This document shows, one piece after another, positions 1-10,101 of a DNA stretch of 64,000 nucleotides. The DNA is taken from the NCBI GenBank assembly GCA_020697715.1, contig JAEHCO010000004.1, positions 97,765 through 161,764 on the forward strand. Direction: 5' to 3'. The position numbers and the translations under genes were made by a program. The notes beneath the pieces are model-generated. The model did not search any database. It worked only from the letters and a program-made list of their open reading frames with translations, and was not told the origin of the DNA. Each line of letters starts with the position of its first letter. Position 1 is the first letter of the stretch. This stretch comes from Methanobacteriota archaeon (GTDB lineage Archaea; Thermoplasmatota; Thermoplasmata; SG8-5; JAGLSY01).

Positions 1-362
1 ATCTCGGAATAAGGAATATCACCGACCTCATTATTGAGTTCCATCCAAACACAGTGAATGGACCCCTCCCAGGGACTTCCTGGTGGTGCCACAGCGATAT
101 CCGGCATCTCTGCATCTTGTGTTCCTGGCTCATCATAGCTGATTACGAAATCACCATAACCAGACCAATCTGCTGGCGGAATTGGTACGGGTTCGGATGT
201 GGGTTCAGGGATCGGTGTATTGGCAAGAAGCTCATTGGTATCAGACACCTCGAATGTGGTCGATGGCCCAACTACACTCAGGCACAAAGCCAGTACTGTA
301 AATATTATCAATAATGGACTGGTATTTTTTGATATTGTTTTTATCAGATCACCTAATATCAT
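1..362 (-). CDS. Secreted protein, 5' part only (runs off window); possible BNR/beta-propeller repeat protein
   Basis: Manual translation MILGDLIKTISKNTSPLLIIFTVLALCLSVVGPS...PDIAVAPPGSPWEGSIHCVWMELNN is open to position 1; GGTGA SD before ATG 362; hydrophobic signal-like N-terminus. Confidence 0.7.
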   Translation of the reverse strand, partial: MILGDLIKTISKNTSPLLIIFTVLALCLSVVGPSTTFEVSDTNELLANTPIPEPTSEPVPIPPADWSGYGDFVISYDEPGTQDAEMPDIAVAPPGSPWEGSIHCVWMELNNEVGDIPYSE

Positions 363-462
363 CTTCTCACCCAACTATAATGTTAATGCATAACAAGTCA
401 TAAATAATTTGTTACATCGAATATGAAAATGAATCATGTGACAGGTATATAGATGCTGGATT

Positions 463-3432
463 TCATAGTTCATCAAGCTTCTGAACTATCTTATCTATCA
501 TATTGGCCGTACCCAATTCCTTGAAAATGGAAAGAGCCAGCTCAAGTCGCTCTCTGGCTGCGGTATTATCTCCTTTGCTCATCTGCGCTATTCCATAGGC
601 ATAATATGCCTCAGCCTGCCTGATAGGGTCGTCGATCTCACTGCTTACGCCTATTCCCTTGTCAAAGAGCTCGAAAGCGACATCCCATTGACCTTTTCTT
701 GACATGACATTGCCTTTTATCCAAAATACATGGGCCAGGATATCCTTGAACTCATGCTCTTCTGCCAATTCTATGGCATTATCACAATGGGCAAGCGCCT
801 CCTCAAGTTGCCCAAGCTCGATCTCGCTTTCTCCCAGGTTGCTGAAGGCCCTGGCAATTCCCCAGGTATCACCTATCGCTTTCACAACTCCAAGGTATTT
901 GACAAAATATTCCTTCGCAGTCTCATAATCGCCCATCTGGACATAGATAGAGCCCAGATTATTGTAGGCATTGGCAATTCCACTCAAGTCTCCGATCTTC
1001 AATCGGATCTCCAGACTCTTTTTGTAACTCGATATGGAAGTCTCCATATCGCCCTTCACTTTCTGAATTATACCAATATTATTGTAGGCCATGGCCATTC
1101 CGCGAATGTCACCCAGCTTCTTTTTTATTCCAAGGCATCTCTCATAATGCTCCATTGCCTCGGTCGTCTTCCCCATCTTATCATGCGCGACACCGAGATT
1201 GTTCAATGCATACGCAATGCCCTGCTCATCCTCGGCCAATTCCATATTTAGAAGTGATGATAACCACATGTCCACGGTCTTGGAATAATCGCTCTTGTGA
1301 TAATAGACCCCTCCAAGATTGAGATAGGCCTGGCCGATCTCCTTATGATCGTCCATTTCTTTGCTGACATTGAGATAATTCTCCTGATATTCTAGAGAAA
1401 GGTCGTATTCCCCCTTTCTCAAATACACCTTGCCGAGACCACCATATGAACCAGCCAGCAAGAGTTCATCCCCGGCCTCTTTGGCCTGCTGGATCGCACT
1501 CTCAAAACTCTCGATGGACAGGTCATATTCGCCCTTGCTGAGATATATGGACCCCAATCCTTTATCGATGCTGGCAATCATAGAGCACTCGGTACAGGCT
1601 TCGCGTGCTTTTTGGGACGACATTATCGCCTCATCATACATGCCATTCAATTCATAAAGGCTGGTAAGAGTGATATTGACATCCAGTAATCGGTTATTTC
1701 TCATTCCGCTAATACTTATCAAGCGGGATGCGTCCTCATAAAAGACAGCCGCTTCCTTCGGAGCATAGTTATTCGCAGCCTTTTCTCCGGCCTCGATCGA
1801 ATAATCAATGCCTTTTTCATACTCGCTAGTTCGGGCAAAATGCCTGGCTAACTTGAATAAAACGCTGTCAATATCATATTCATACAGGAATTCGATGGTA
1901 TGTCCAGCTGTCCTATGCAGGACATTATGCCATCTCTGGCTCAGGCCGGAATATATGGCTTCCTGGACCATCCCATGCCGGAAGTTGTATTCTCCATCCT
2001 CATTGGTGGAAAGTAGCTCTTTCTCGCACAGCATGTCGAGGATAACTTTGACCCTCTGGGCATCCATTTCCACGCCCATGCTTATCACCTGAGGATCGAA
2101 TACAGTTCCCAGCACCGAAGCGAATTCGATCACATGGATGGTATCCAGGCTCATGGATTCCAATTGCCTGGAAACAATATCTGCGGCTGATGAGGGGATC
2201 AATTCCGCCTGCTCGCTCTTGAATATCCAAAGGCCATCTTCCTCGAATATTATCTTCTGTGCCAGCATTGTTCTTAGAACCTCTATCGTGAAGAAAGGAT
2301 TGCCACCGATCTCTTTGTGGACCATCTCTACCAGGCCATCTGGAATATCAGATCCACCGAGAATTCCAGATATAAGAGAACGAGTATCATCAAAAGATAG
2401 ACTATCCAATATGATCTCCTCGATGATAGATTCTGTCTTCATGGCATCGATGACTTCGGCGAGCATATCGGGCATATTATCTGGCTCATAGGTACAGCAT
2501 ATCATGATCCGGTCATCACGGAGATTTCTCGAGAGATAGGGAATTGCCTGTAAAGTTGTCTCGTCAGCAAGATGAATGTCCTCCAGTACAAGCAGAAGAC
2601 CATTCTCCGCCTTGCTTTCCAGAACCTCCTGTATCTTCATCTGGGTTGCCAATCGTTCTGCCTCTATGTTCATGGATTCCAGGGTCTTCCGAACAGGATA
2701 TTTATTCTTCATCAGCCTGCCCAGCACTTCACCTGTACCACTCACACTATCCAGATCGCCATCCCAATCGCGCAGGATGTCACTGAACTCGGATTCCACA
2801 GCATCCAGTATCCTGTTCAGATCGCCCTTCATACGAGGATGTTCCTCCCCAGAGACAACACCTGCAAGGAACACGAAATCACCGTGTTCCAGCAATACTT
2901 TTTTATTCCTGTATTCCAGCCTACCCAGACCACCATCGATGGTCGGCATTTCACCATCACCAAAAGAGTCTTTGACAAAATCCTGAACAGCTGTCAGCAT
3001 GGAGCTGAGAATGTCCTCATCAACACTTTCATCCTCGGAACTGGATAGATGAGTTATGAGAAGTCCCACTCGGCTTATCAAGAAAAGCTCATCGAAAGAA
3101 GTATGATCCTCAAGGCTGAGAGCTTGAGTATCACCAAGCGAGGCCAGTGCTTTCCTGAAGGGATTGTAAGGTTCGGAGCCTTCAGTTGAGGTCGCATGGC
3201 CGATGGAAATGACAGCATTTGCGGAACTGGCCTCATCCAAGATGATCTGCGCCAGGGTCGATTTACCAGACCCTGCTTCGCCTCCAATAAGAACAGTCTG
3301 GCCGCTACCTTTCAATGACTGTTCCAGGCTTGAGCGAAGACTGGCCAGCTCCTTTTCTCTTCCAATTATATCTATGGTAGCTTCCACCATTGTACCTGAA
3401 TATACTTCGTGATATTTAGGTTTGTACATCAT
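463..3432 (-). CDS. STAND-type (AAA_16) ATPase with inserted longin-like domain and C-terminal TPR array
   Basis: IGREKEL, Walker A GEAGSGKS, Walker B LLVLEDIHLAD, GGNPFF, FRHGMVQE, many TPRs (AYNNLG); likely start at MVEAT. Confidence 0.9.
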   Translation of the reverse strand: MMYKPKYHEVYSGTMVEATIDIIGREKELASLRSSLEQSLKGSGQTVLIGGEAGSGKSTLAQIILDEASSANAVISIGHATSTEGSEPYNPFRKALASLGDTQALSLEDHTSFDELFLISRVGLLITHLSSSEDESVDEDILSSMLTAVQDFVKDSFGDGEMPTIDGGLGRLEYRNKKVLLEHGDFVFLAGVVSGEEHPRMKGDLNRILDAVESEFSDILRDWDGDLDSVSGTGEVLGRLMKNKYPVRKTLESMNIEAERLATQMKIQEVLESKAENGLLLVLEDIHLADETTLQAIPYLSRNLRDDRIMICCTYEPDNMPDMLAEVIDAMKTESIIEEIILDSLSFDDTRSLISGILGGSDIPDGLVEMVHKEIGGNPFFTIEVLRTMLAQKIIFEEDGLWIFKSEQAELIPSSAADIVSRQLESMSLDTIHVIEFASVLGTVFDPQVISMGVEMDAQRVKVILDMLCEKELLSTNEDGEYNFRHGMVQEAIYSGLSQRWHNVLHRTAGHTIEFLYEYDIDSVLFKLARHFARTSEYEKGIDYSIEAGEKAANNYAPKEAAVFYEDASRLISISGMRNNRLLDVNITLTSLYELNGMYDEAIMSSQKAREACTECSMIASIDKGLGSIYLSKGEYDLSIESFESAIQQAKEAGDELLLAGSYGGLGKVYLRKGEYDLSLEYQENYLNVSKEMDDHKEIGQAYLNLGGVYYHKSDYSKTVDMWLSSLLNMELAEDEQGIAYALNNLGVAHDKMGKTTEAMEHYERCLGIKKKLGDIRGMAMAYNNIGIIQKVKGDMETSISSYKKSLEIRLKIGDLSGIANAYNNLGSIYVQMGDYETAKEYFVKYLGVVKAIGDTWGIARAFSNLGESEIELGQLEEALAHCDNAIELAEEHEFKDILAHVFWIKGNVMSRKGQWDVAFELFDKGIGVSSEIDDPIRQAEAYYAYGIAQMSKGDNTAARERLELALSIFKELGTANMIDKIVQKLDEL

Positions 3433-3513
3433 TATACATACACTATTCCCGACATTCTTTCACAAAAAAGTGTACAACAATGCATATATACACGAAATTA
3501 CAATTGAGTTAAT

Positions 3514-3837
3514 GTGGTGAAGATGAGAGAATCCAAGAAATATTTGATGTTGATACCTTTGAAATTCGGACTGGCACTTGGGATGGTGTCAATGTTCTGG
3601 TTTGTGTTCTTCAGCTATCTGGAATACGGGTCTGGCATGACCAGTGTGATCCATAATGAGCTGCCTTATTTTTCAGTCCTGATGGGGATTATACTAAGTC
3701 TGAACTGTCTCGTGGAGATGGTATTTAATTATCTGGACAAGAGCTCGTCAGAGATATCATTGGAAAGGTATACTATCAGGCGTGGAGGACTGGCATTGAC
3801 AAGCCATGCCCCAGTGCCGATACTCATTGATGAATAA
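3514..3837 (+). CDS. Small hypothetical membrane protein
   Basis: Two hydrophobic segments; occupies the gap between flanking genes. Confidence 0.55.
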   Translation: MVKMRESKKYLMLIPLKFGLALGMVSMFWFVFFSYLEYGSGMTSVIHNELPYFSVLMGIILSLNCLVEMVFNYLDKSSSEISLERYTIRRGGLALTSHAPVPILIDE

Positions 3838-3899
3838 GTTATTTCAAAAACATAGCATCTGTGTTGTTCCAGCTTTAGCCAGAGTTCATCCAGTCCAAT

Positions 3900-4898
3900 A
3901 TGTTTCGGCACACCAAATCGCAAAGCTTTATCTTATGGCAATGGATTCCAGATATGATGTCTGAAGGACCCTGCATATCTGATGAAGCTCTGGAGGAGAA
4001 GGATAAGTGCAATCGCACATCCATTATCCTGAATGCTCTTCTTTTCATATCAAAGTTCATCATCGGCATATTATCCATGTCAATGTCGATCCTATCAGAT
4101 GCGATTGACAGTGGTATCGATGTCATCACCTCGGCGATGGCCAGATATTCAGTTCAGAAGGCGCATGAACCCGCGGACGAGGATCATAGTTATGGCCATG
4201 GGAAATACGAGAATTTATCTGGTCTCATTCAGGCGATCATCATTGTATTGATCGCCATTGGCATCATCCTGGAAGCCATAAGGAGGATCATCACTGGCGT
4301 GGTCCTTGAAAGCCTTGATCTTGGCATAGTGATCATGCTGGTCTCTATCGTGGTCAAGTTCGGCCTGTCGGGAAAGATGCTGGGTATCGCCAAAAAGCAT
4401 GATTCTGTGGCCATGGAGGCAAATGCATACAATCTGAGAGCGGATGTATGGATGTCATTCGGTGTATTGGCATCACTGGCCATCATCAAGTTCGGTGAAC
4501 CCTATTTGAACAATATCGAGTATATCGATCCAGTATTGGCGATCATCATCGGCATCATGATAATGAGATCTGCCTTTGACATAGGGAAGAGGTCCAGCCA
4601 GGATCTTTTAGATGCTCAACTTCCAGAAGATGAATTGAAGGTCGTCAAGGAGATCATGACAAAGCATGAGACTGACCTGCTGGACTATCACAGGTTCAGA
4701 GCCAGGAAGTCTGGCAATGAGAGACATATAGACATGCACATCGTTGTTCCGAAAGATATCAGCATACTGGATGCCCATAAGATAACAGATGACATTGAGG
4801 CCGAGATAAAAGAAAAGGTGGAGAATGTCTCCGTGGTCATCCATGTCGACCCATGCGAAGGGAATTGCACAGCATGCGATAAGAAGGATGATAAATAA
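3900..4898 (+). CDS. Cation diffusion facilitator (FieF-like) transporter; true start probably ~3955
   Basis: SDAIDS, PADEDHSYGHGKYE, IDP, C-terminal dimerisation domain ending IHVDPC. Confidence 0.9.
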   Translation: MFRHTKSQSFILWQWIPDMMSEGPCISDEALEEKDKCNRTSIILNALLFISKFIIGILSMSMSILSDAIDSGIDVITSAMARYSVQKAHEPADEDHSYGHGKYENLSGLIQAIIIVLIAIGIILEAIRRIITGVVLESLDLGIVIMLVSIVVKFGLSGKMLGIAKKHDSVAMEANAYNLRADVWMSFGVLASLAIIKFGEPYLNNIEYIDPVLAIIIGIMIMRSAFDIGKRSSQDLLDAQLPEDELKVVKEIMTKHETDLLDYHRFRARKSGNERHIDMHIVVPKDISILDAHKITDDIEAEIKEKVENVSVVIHVDPCEGNCTACDKKDDK

Positions 4899-4915
4899 GC
4901 ATTAAAATTAAAGGG

Positions 4916-5500
4916 TTAATTCACAGCCTGGCTCGATCTATCTCTCACCCTGCCATTTATACAAACAAATCTCATATCGGATCTTGGTCTGGAATCAACT
5001 GGCGGAGATATTGCAGGCGCAGCTGAAGCCTCGGGACCCGGTTTTTCACACGCCCCATAGCTACCATCGGGTATGATGACGCGGATCTTTCTCTTCACAT
5101 ACACTGGCCTCACCCGGATAATTTTCTTTGCAGAACTCTTTCTGACCCGGTGGTCCACATTTATCGAAGGGCGTATCTTCGATATGGTGATCTTCAGAAG
5201 CAGCATGATCCCGATAAAGATCATGCTGGCAATAAGTACCGCACGCCAGTCATTGGCGATCTGGGGTATGTCCATCTTCTGTTTTTCAAGGTCCAGAAGA
5301 TTTCCATCGGTCTGTGTGGCTGTGGCATCATCACTTGTTTCGGATATACCAGTATCCGGAACTGATCCGGTATCACTTGTATCCATACCTATGCGTGTGG
5401 ATGAATCGGCCTCCTCAGCACCTGTGCCAGAAATTAATAAAGTGAATAATATAATTAAGGTACATATATAAATGACATTCTTTTTTGATGATCGCACCAT
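4916..5500 (-). CDS. Hypothetical membrane-anchored protein
   Basis: Signal-like N-terminus, acidic Ser/Thr linker, one TM helix, basic tail. Confidence 0.6.
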   Translation of the reverse strand: MVRSSKKNVIYICTLIILFTLLISGTGAEEADSSTRIGMDTSDTGSVPDTGISETSDDATATQTDGNLLDLEKQKMDIPQIANDWRAVLIASMIFIGIMLLLKITISKIRPSINVDHRVRKSSAKKIIRVRPVYVKRKIRVIIPDGSYGACEKPGPEASAAPAISPPVDSRPRSDMRFVCINGRVRDRSSQAVN

Positions 5501-5629
5501 GTAATAAATGATATGGCCAGGAGCCTATAAATAATTTGTCCAATCATTATCATAATTTATAAAATTATAATGAAATGAACTTGAAAGTATTATGAAAAAC
5601 TAGAGACCAGACCGATTTCAACGGCCTGG

Positions 5630-6040
5630 TTAAGCTACGAAAAGCTTGACCTCCACCACCTTCTTTGCAGAGCCCATCTCGAAGACCATTTCCTTGACCT
5701 TCTCCGCCATGCCAGCAAATATCAGTATATCACAACAACTTTCCGAACTTTCGCGAAAATCCGTGTGCATGAAAGATTTGATGATATCCATGTTCTTGTG
5801 GCGGATCTCGGAGACCTCTGGCTCGGCCGCGTGATCATACAGGGCGATGATGATGCCTTCCACTCTACCGGACATCTTATCGGTATCCATCTTGGATCTC
5901 GTGAAAAGATGGATCGCATCCCGTATCAACTCAGAACGATTGGAATAGCCCATGTCCACAACAAGATCCTCAATATCGCGAGCTTGCTGGCCAGGTACAC
6001 TGAATGATAATATCTCGGTATCCTTGCCCTTGGCGGTCAT
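5630..6040 (-). CDS. NikR-like ribbon-helix-helix/ACT metalloregulator
   Basis: GYSNRSELIRDAI RHH motif, YDH, ACT-like C-terminus; TAATG-coupled to the ZIP gene. Confidence 0.85.
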   Translation of the reverse strand: MTAKGKDTEILSFSVPGQQARDIEDLVVDMGYSNRSELIRDAIHLFTRSKMDTDKMSGRVEGIIIALYDHAAEPEVSEIRHKNMDIIKSFMHTDFRESSESCCDILIFAGMAEKVKEMVFEMGSAKKVVEVKLFVA

Positions 6041-6801
6041 TAATGCATCCCACCATGAGACATGAACTTAACCAGCCACATGAGGAAAATACCCAGTAGG
6101 AAAGTGATGAAAGCCATGATGGTCCTCCATTTCCTATGCTCCTTGTGAAGCTCGGGTACGAGATCACTGGCTGCGATGTAAATGAAACCTCCAGCGGCTA
6201 TTGGAAGAATATAATGCTGGAATTCACCCATCTCCGGTATCAGGAAATAACCAAGAACTCCGCCCAGCAATGCTGTAAGGGCGGATATGAAATTGAACAA
6301 GAGAGCTTTTTTCTTGGCTAGACCTCCATATACCAGCACACCAAAATCTCCGATCTCTTGCGGTATTTCGTGAACAGATACCGCAATGGTCGCGATAATA
6401 CCCAATTCCACGCTTGTGAGAAAGCTGGCTGCTATTATCAACCCATCAATGAAATTATGAATACCATCACCGAAAAGATTGATATAGGCGAAGGTGTGGA
6501 TCTTGCAATCCTTCTCATGGCAGTGCCTCCAGAGAAGTTTTTCCAGAATGAAGAATACCACAAAACCTACGAGGACCATCAGGAACATATTGTCCACACC
6601 CAGACCTTCTTCGAATTCATGAAGGGCCTCGGGAATCAGATGAAGGAATGCACCACCCAATAGTGTTCCAGCAGATAATCCTACAAGACCCAGCAGGATC
6701 TTTTTCAATAATTTATCAGATAATGAGATGGTCAGTACTCCGACAAGAGAGAACAGGCTCATCAAGAAGGTGGCCAGCAGGATCCATGATAGAACAGACA
6801 T
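6040..6801 (-). CDS. ZIP family metal transporter
   Basis: AFLHLIPEA, HNFIDG, HEIPQEIGDFG, DLVPEL. Confidence 0.92.
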   Translation of the reverse strand: MSVLSWILLATFLMSLFSLVGVLTISLSDKLLKKILLGLVGLSAGTLLGGAFLHLIPEALHEFEEGLGVDNMFLMVLVGFVVFFILEKLLWRHCHEKDCKIHTFAYINLFGDGIHNFIDGLIIAASFLTSVELGIIATIAVSVHEIPQEIGDFGVLVYGGLAKKKALLFNFISALTALLGGVLGYFLIPEMGEFQHYILPIAAGGFIYIAASDLVPELHKEHRKWRTIMAFITFLLGIFLMWLVKFMSHGGMH

Positions 6802-6852
6802 TTTTATTCCTCATACAGTCTAAGGAAGACAGAGTATTAATAATTATTCACT

Positions 6853-6869
6853 GAAAGTTATTAACTTTC
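6853..6869. promoter_or_regulatory. Palindrome GAAAGTTA-T-TAACTTTC overlapping the likely BRE/TATA of the ZIP operon
   Basis: Perfect 8-bp inverted repeat ~55 bp upstream of the ZIP start. Confidence 0.4.
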
Positions 6870-6971
6870 TGCAAAATAGTAGTGAATGTTATTAATTCCA
6901 TTATAATTATAGAAAATCAAAAGAGCAACACTGCTCATCAAATAAGCAGTGTCGCACACGTTTCCAGAGTC

Positions 6972-7099
6972 CTACATGCCCCAGAATTTATCCTCGCGTT
7001 TTTTTCTTTTTACTCTCACTGCGCTGGCCAGGCTCACAAAAGAAAAAAATGCCGTTAAATAAGAAAACTCGCCTGGCATGCTCGTTCGAGGAGTCTTAT
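6972..7099. repeat. Duplicated infB 3' end (6972-~7000) plus ~95-bp hairpin element, copy 1 (7001-7094)
   Basis: ctacatgccccagaatttatc at 6972-6992 and 7100-7120; the intervening sequence aligns with 29813-29903. Confidence 0.85.
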
Positions 7100-8896
7100 C
7101 TACATGCCCCAGAATTTATCTTCTTTTCTCTTTATCGTGCATACCTGTTCCATCACATCCAGCTCATCCGGATTGAGGTCAGAACCTTTCCTCAATTCTT
7201 TGCAATGGGATGACAGGATATCAACGTACAGAACATCATCCTCATCTATCTGGCGACCGCAAGTTGCACCATCTATCGCTACAGCCACCTCGGCACCAGC
7301 TATGGCTTCCTTCAGAGATTCATCCCCATCTCTGATGCTCTTGATCTTACCGATAACACGTCCATCCTCTCTCATGAGGCGCTGGCCGATCCTTATCCGG
7401 CCAGCAAGTATCCTTACGCCGACTATCGCGGGCTTGCTCAATCGGAACAGACAATCTGGCAATAGTAGTATCTTGCCAGGATAGACCATGTCCAGACGAC
7501 TTTCAGCATCCAGCTCTCGTTTTCTAATTTCCAGCCATTCATCATATTCCTCTATCAATCGATAAACGATATCAGCCTGGATGAATTTTAGATCGGAATT
7601 GAGAAGCTCTTCCTTCGCATCTGGAAGAAGATTGACATTGAAACCGAACATCACACGCTTCAATGGGTCATTCGTAGCTGCGGCCTCTATGATATCCCTT
7701 CGGGAAACATCTCCAACCGCGGCCTTCTTTATCGGTATGCTGGCATTCTTCGCTTCGTATGCCATAGCCTCCAAGGAGCCAATGGCATCCGCCTTTATCA
7801 TGATGCCATCCTCCACAGTCTCGATGGCCAGTTGTGAGCGGAGGCTTATCTCCTCTATCAGATCATCTAAGGTATCCTTGCTCGCAACCCGTAGTGGTCC
7901 GCCAGCTATGACCCCTGTGATATCCTGGGCCACTAGTTTGACACCTGCCGCGGCAGTTACACAATCCTGAGGGTTGAACCTCTCGCGCGGATCACGTATC
8001 TCATCCAGTGCCTTTGGCTTCAGGATAGCCTTGGCCTTGGTGACCATCGGCTTGCCGGATGTACCCAATACAAGAGTGTCGCCCTTTTTGATCTGGCCTT
8101 TGTAAAGGATAACATCCATTGTTGGTCCGAGACCTTTCTCCTCCTTGATCTCCAGTATAGTACCCTCGCCAAGGCCAGTCTCGTCAGTCCATAGCTTTTT
8201 CTCAAGGAATCTCTGGGCCAGTCCGACCAACATAAGCAGGATGTCTGGAACCCCTTCGCCAGTCTTGGCACTCATCGGGATAAGTGCCAGATTTTTGGAG
8301 AAGTCCTCGATCTTATCATAACGATCTGCTGAGAATCCTTTATCATAAAGATGCCCGACAATGTTATAGAACCTCGTCTCCAGCAGAGCCTTGACATCCT
8401 TGTTCTGCTTCTTCAATGAGACAAGGAATGGCTCATTCTCATGATTGCGCCATCCAGGCATTAGATCTATCTTATTGAGGGCGATTATGAAAGGTGTTTT
8501 CAATTGCTTGAGGATATTTATGGATTCGATGGTCTGGGGCTTCAGTCCCTCATTGATATCAATGACCAGAACAGCCAGATCGGCCAGTGATCCGCCTCTT
8601 GACCTCAATGTTGTGAAAGAATGGTGACCTGGGGTGTCGATGAAAAGCAAGCCAGGAACACTGAACTTCTTTTCCCCGATAAGTGGCTTGCATATCTTGT
8701 ACACGACATCTATGGGAACCTCTGTGGCCCCGATATGCTGGGTAATGGCTCCAGCCTCTCGCGATACTACAGTGGAACCTCGGATATAATCCAGCAAGCT
8801 GGTCTTACCATGATCTACATGACCCAGCACACTGACTATGGGCTGGCGGATGATACCGCAGTCTACAATTTCTGCTTCAGATTTGGGCTTTGCCAT
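7100..8896 (-). CDS. infB: Translation initiation factor aIF5B (IF-2)
   Basis: RQPIVSVLGHVDHGKT, EAGAITQHIGA, DTPGH, NKID; archaeal length, ends FWGM. Confidence 0.97.
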   Translation of the reverse strand: MAKPKSEAEIVDCGIIRQPIVSVLGHVDHGKTSLLDYIRGSTVVSREAGAITQHIGATEVPIDVVYKICKPLIGEKKFSVPGLLFIDTPGHHSFTTLRSRGGSLADLAVLVIDINEGLKPQTIESINILKQLKTPFIIALNKIDLMPGWRNHENEPFLVSLKKQNKDVKALLETRFYNIVGHLYDKGFSADRYDKIEDFSKNLALIPMSAKTGEGVPDILLMLVGLAQRFLEKKLWTDETGLGEGTILEIKEEKGLGPTMDVILYKGQIKKGDTLVLGTSGKPMVTKAKAILKPKALDEIRDPRERFNPQDCVTAAAGVKLVAQDITGVIAGGPLRVASKDTLDDLIEEISLRSQLAIETVEDGIMIKADAIGSLEAMAYEAKNASIPIKKAAVGDVSRRDIIEAAATNDPLKRVMFGFNVNLLPDAKEELLNSDLKFIQADIVYRLIEEYDEWLEIRKRELDAESRLDMVYPGKILLLPDCLFRLSKPAIVGVRILAGRIRIGQRLMREDGRVIGKIKSIRDGDESLKEAIAGAEVAVAIDGATCGRQIDEDDVLYVDILSSHCKELRKGSDLNPDELDVMEQVCTIKRKEDKFWGM

Positions 8897-8977
8897 TGAA
8901 CCACCTAATCTAAAATGATATTAAAAGATTTCATAAGGGAGATAAAGGCAGATAGCGACCTTGTTCACAGAGATTCA

Positions 8978-9343
8978 TTAATGGCAGCCATGTCCAGCGC
9001 ATGCCTGTCCTGGTGTCATCTCTGTCAATCTGCCATCGATGATATTCTGAACAGCATCCTTCACGGTCTCGCCATCCAGCATGAAGACCTTGATACCGCC
9101 AGTGTTCAATTTCATGATCGCTCCGCGGCCCATACCACCAGTTATCACAATGTCCACATTATGACCTTCCAACTGGCCAATTGGATTGCACGTACCATGC
9201 TCATGATGTTGATTTGAATTATCAACAGCTTCAAATTTCTCTGTTTCAGTATCATAGAAACCAAAGAAAGGCGCACTTCCAAAGTGAGCATAGACCTTCG
9301 ATCCCATTCCATCATCATTCATTATCGGCATGCAGATTTTCAT
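8978..9343 (-). CDS. NifB/NifX family (dinitrogenase FeMo-cofactor-like) protein
   Basis: HFGSAPFF, VITGGMGRGA, His/Cys tail; start trimmed to MKICMP. Confidence 0.85.
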   Translation of the reverse strand: MKICMPIMNDDGMGSKVYAHFGSAPFFGFYDTETEKFEAVDNSNQHHEHGTCNPIGQLEGHNVDIVITGGMGRGAIMKLNTGGIKVFMLDGETVKDAVQNIIDGRLTEMTPGQACAGHGCH

Positions 9344-9441
9344 TGATACACATCCTAATGTTAACGGCGTTGAGGATACTTGACCAGTATATATAAATCT
9401 GCTTAACAATTGTAACTGTCTGTTCTCGTGATCCTGCCAAT

Positions 9442-9759
9442 TTATGCCTTTATCATGATAAGCGACATCTTGAATCTTGTTATGGATTCAAGCGCATGTG
9501 GCTTGTTAGCCGGCATCAGCAACATCTCATCTTTCTTCACAATGAACTTTTCTCCATCAATAGTGATCTGCACTTCCCCATCGAGTATGTGCGCCAGCGC
9601 ATCATAAGGCGAAGTGTGCTCGCTCAGCCCTTGCCCCATGTCGAAAGCAAAGAGGGTGACCATACCCTGATCCTTCTCGACCAGCGTCCTGCTGACTATC
9701 GCGCCTTCCTGATACTTCAACATCTTTTCCAAATTCCAAACTTCTGTATTCTCACCCAT
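9442..9759 (-). CDS. Cupin domain protein
   Basis: FAFDMGQGLSEHTSP...MPANKPHAL. Confidence 0.88.
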   Translation of the reverse strand: MGENTEVWNLEKMLKYQEGAIVSRTLVEKDQGMVTLFAFDMGQGLSEHTSPYDALAHILDGEVQITIDGEKFIVKKDEMLLMPANKPHALESITRFKMSLIMIKA

Positions 9760-9774
9760 GATTTTTTTCCCTCC

Positions 9775-10008
9775 TTAAATCACTGAAGCCTCATAGCCAG
9801 CTTCCTTAACTGTCTCGATGAGAGCCTCATTGGAAACTGCTCCTTCCTTCTTCAGTGTCACCACTGCTTTTTTCTCATCAAGGCTGACCTCGGCCTTCTT
9901 GACACCAGAAGCCTTTTCCAGGGCTTCTGTGACATGTTGAACACAATGTCCACATGTCATTCCCTCTACCTTCAATTCAATTACTGGTTTCTTCCCGAAC
10001 ATACCCAT
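9775..10008 (-). CDS. copZ: Copper chaperone (HMA domain)
   Basis: VEGMTCGHCV...EAGY. Confidence 0.9.
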   Translation of the reverse strand: MGMFGKKPVIELKVEGMTCGHCVQHVTEALEKASGVKKAEVSLDEKKAVVTLKKEGAVSNEALIETVKEAGYEASVI

Positions 10009-10101
10009 ATTCTCACCAAATGAAGATATGCAAGGCTGTGGTTTAAAGATATTCCCATTTTTGATAAGGAGATGAGGCGGAATTGGATGAGTTTAGATTA
10101 T

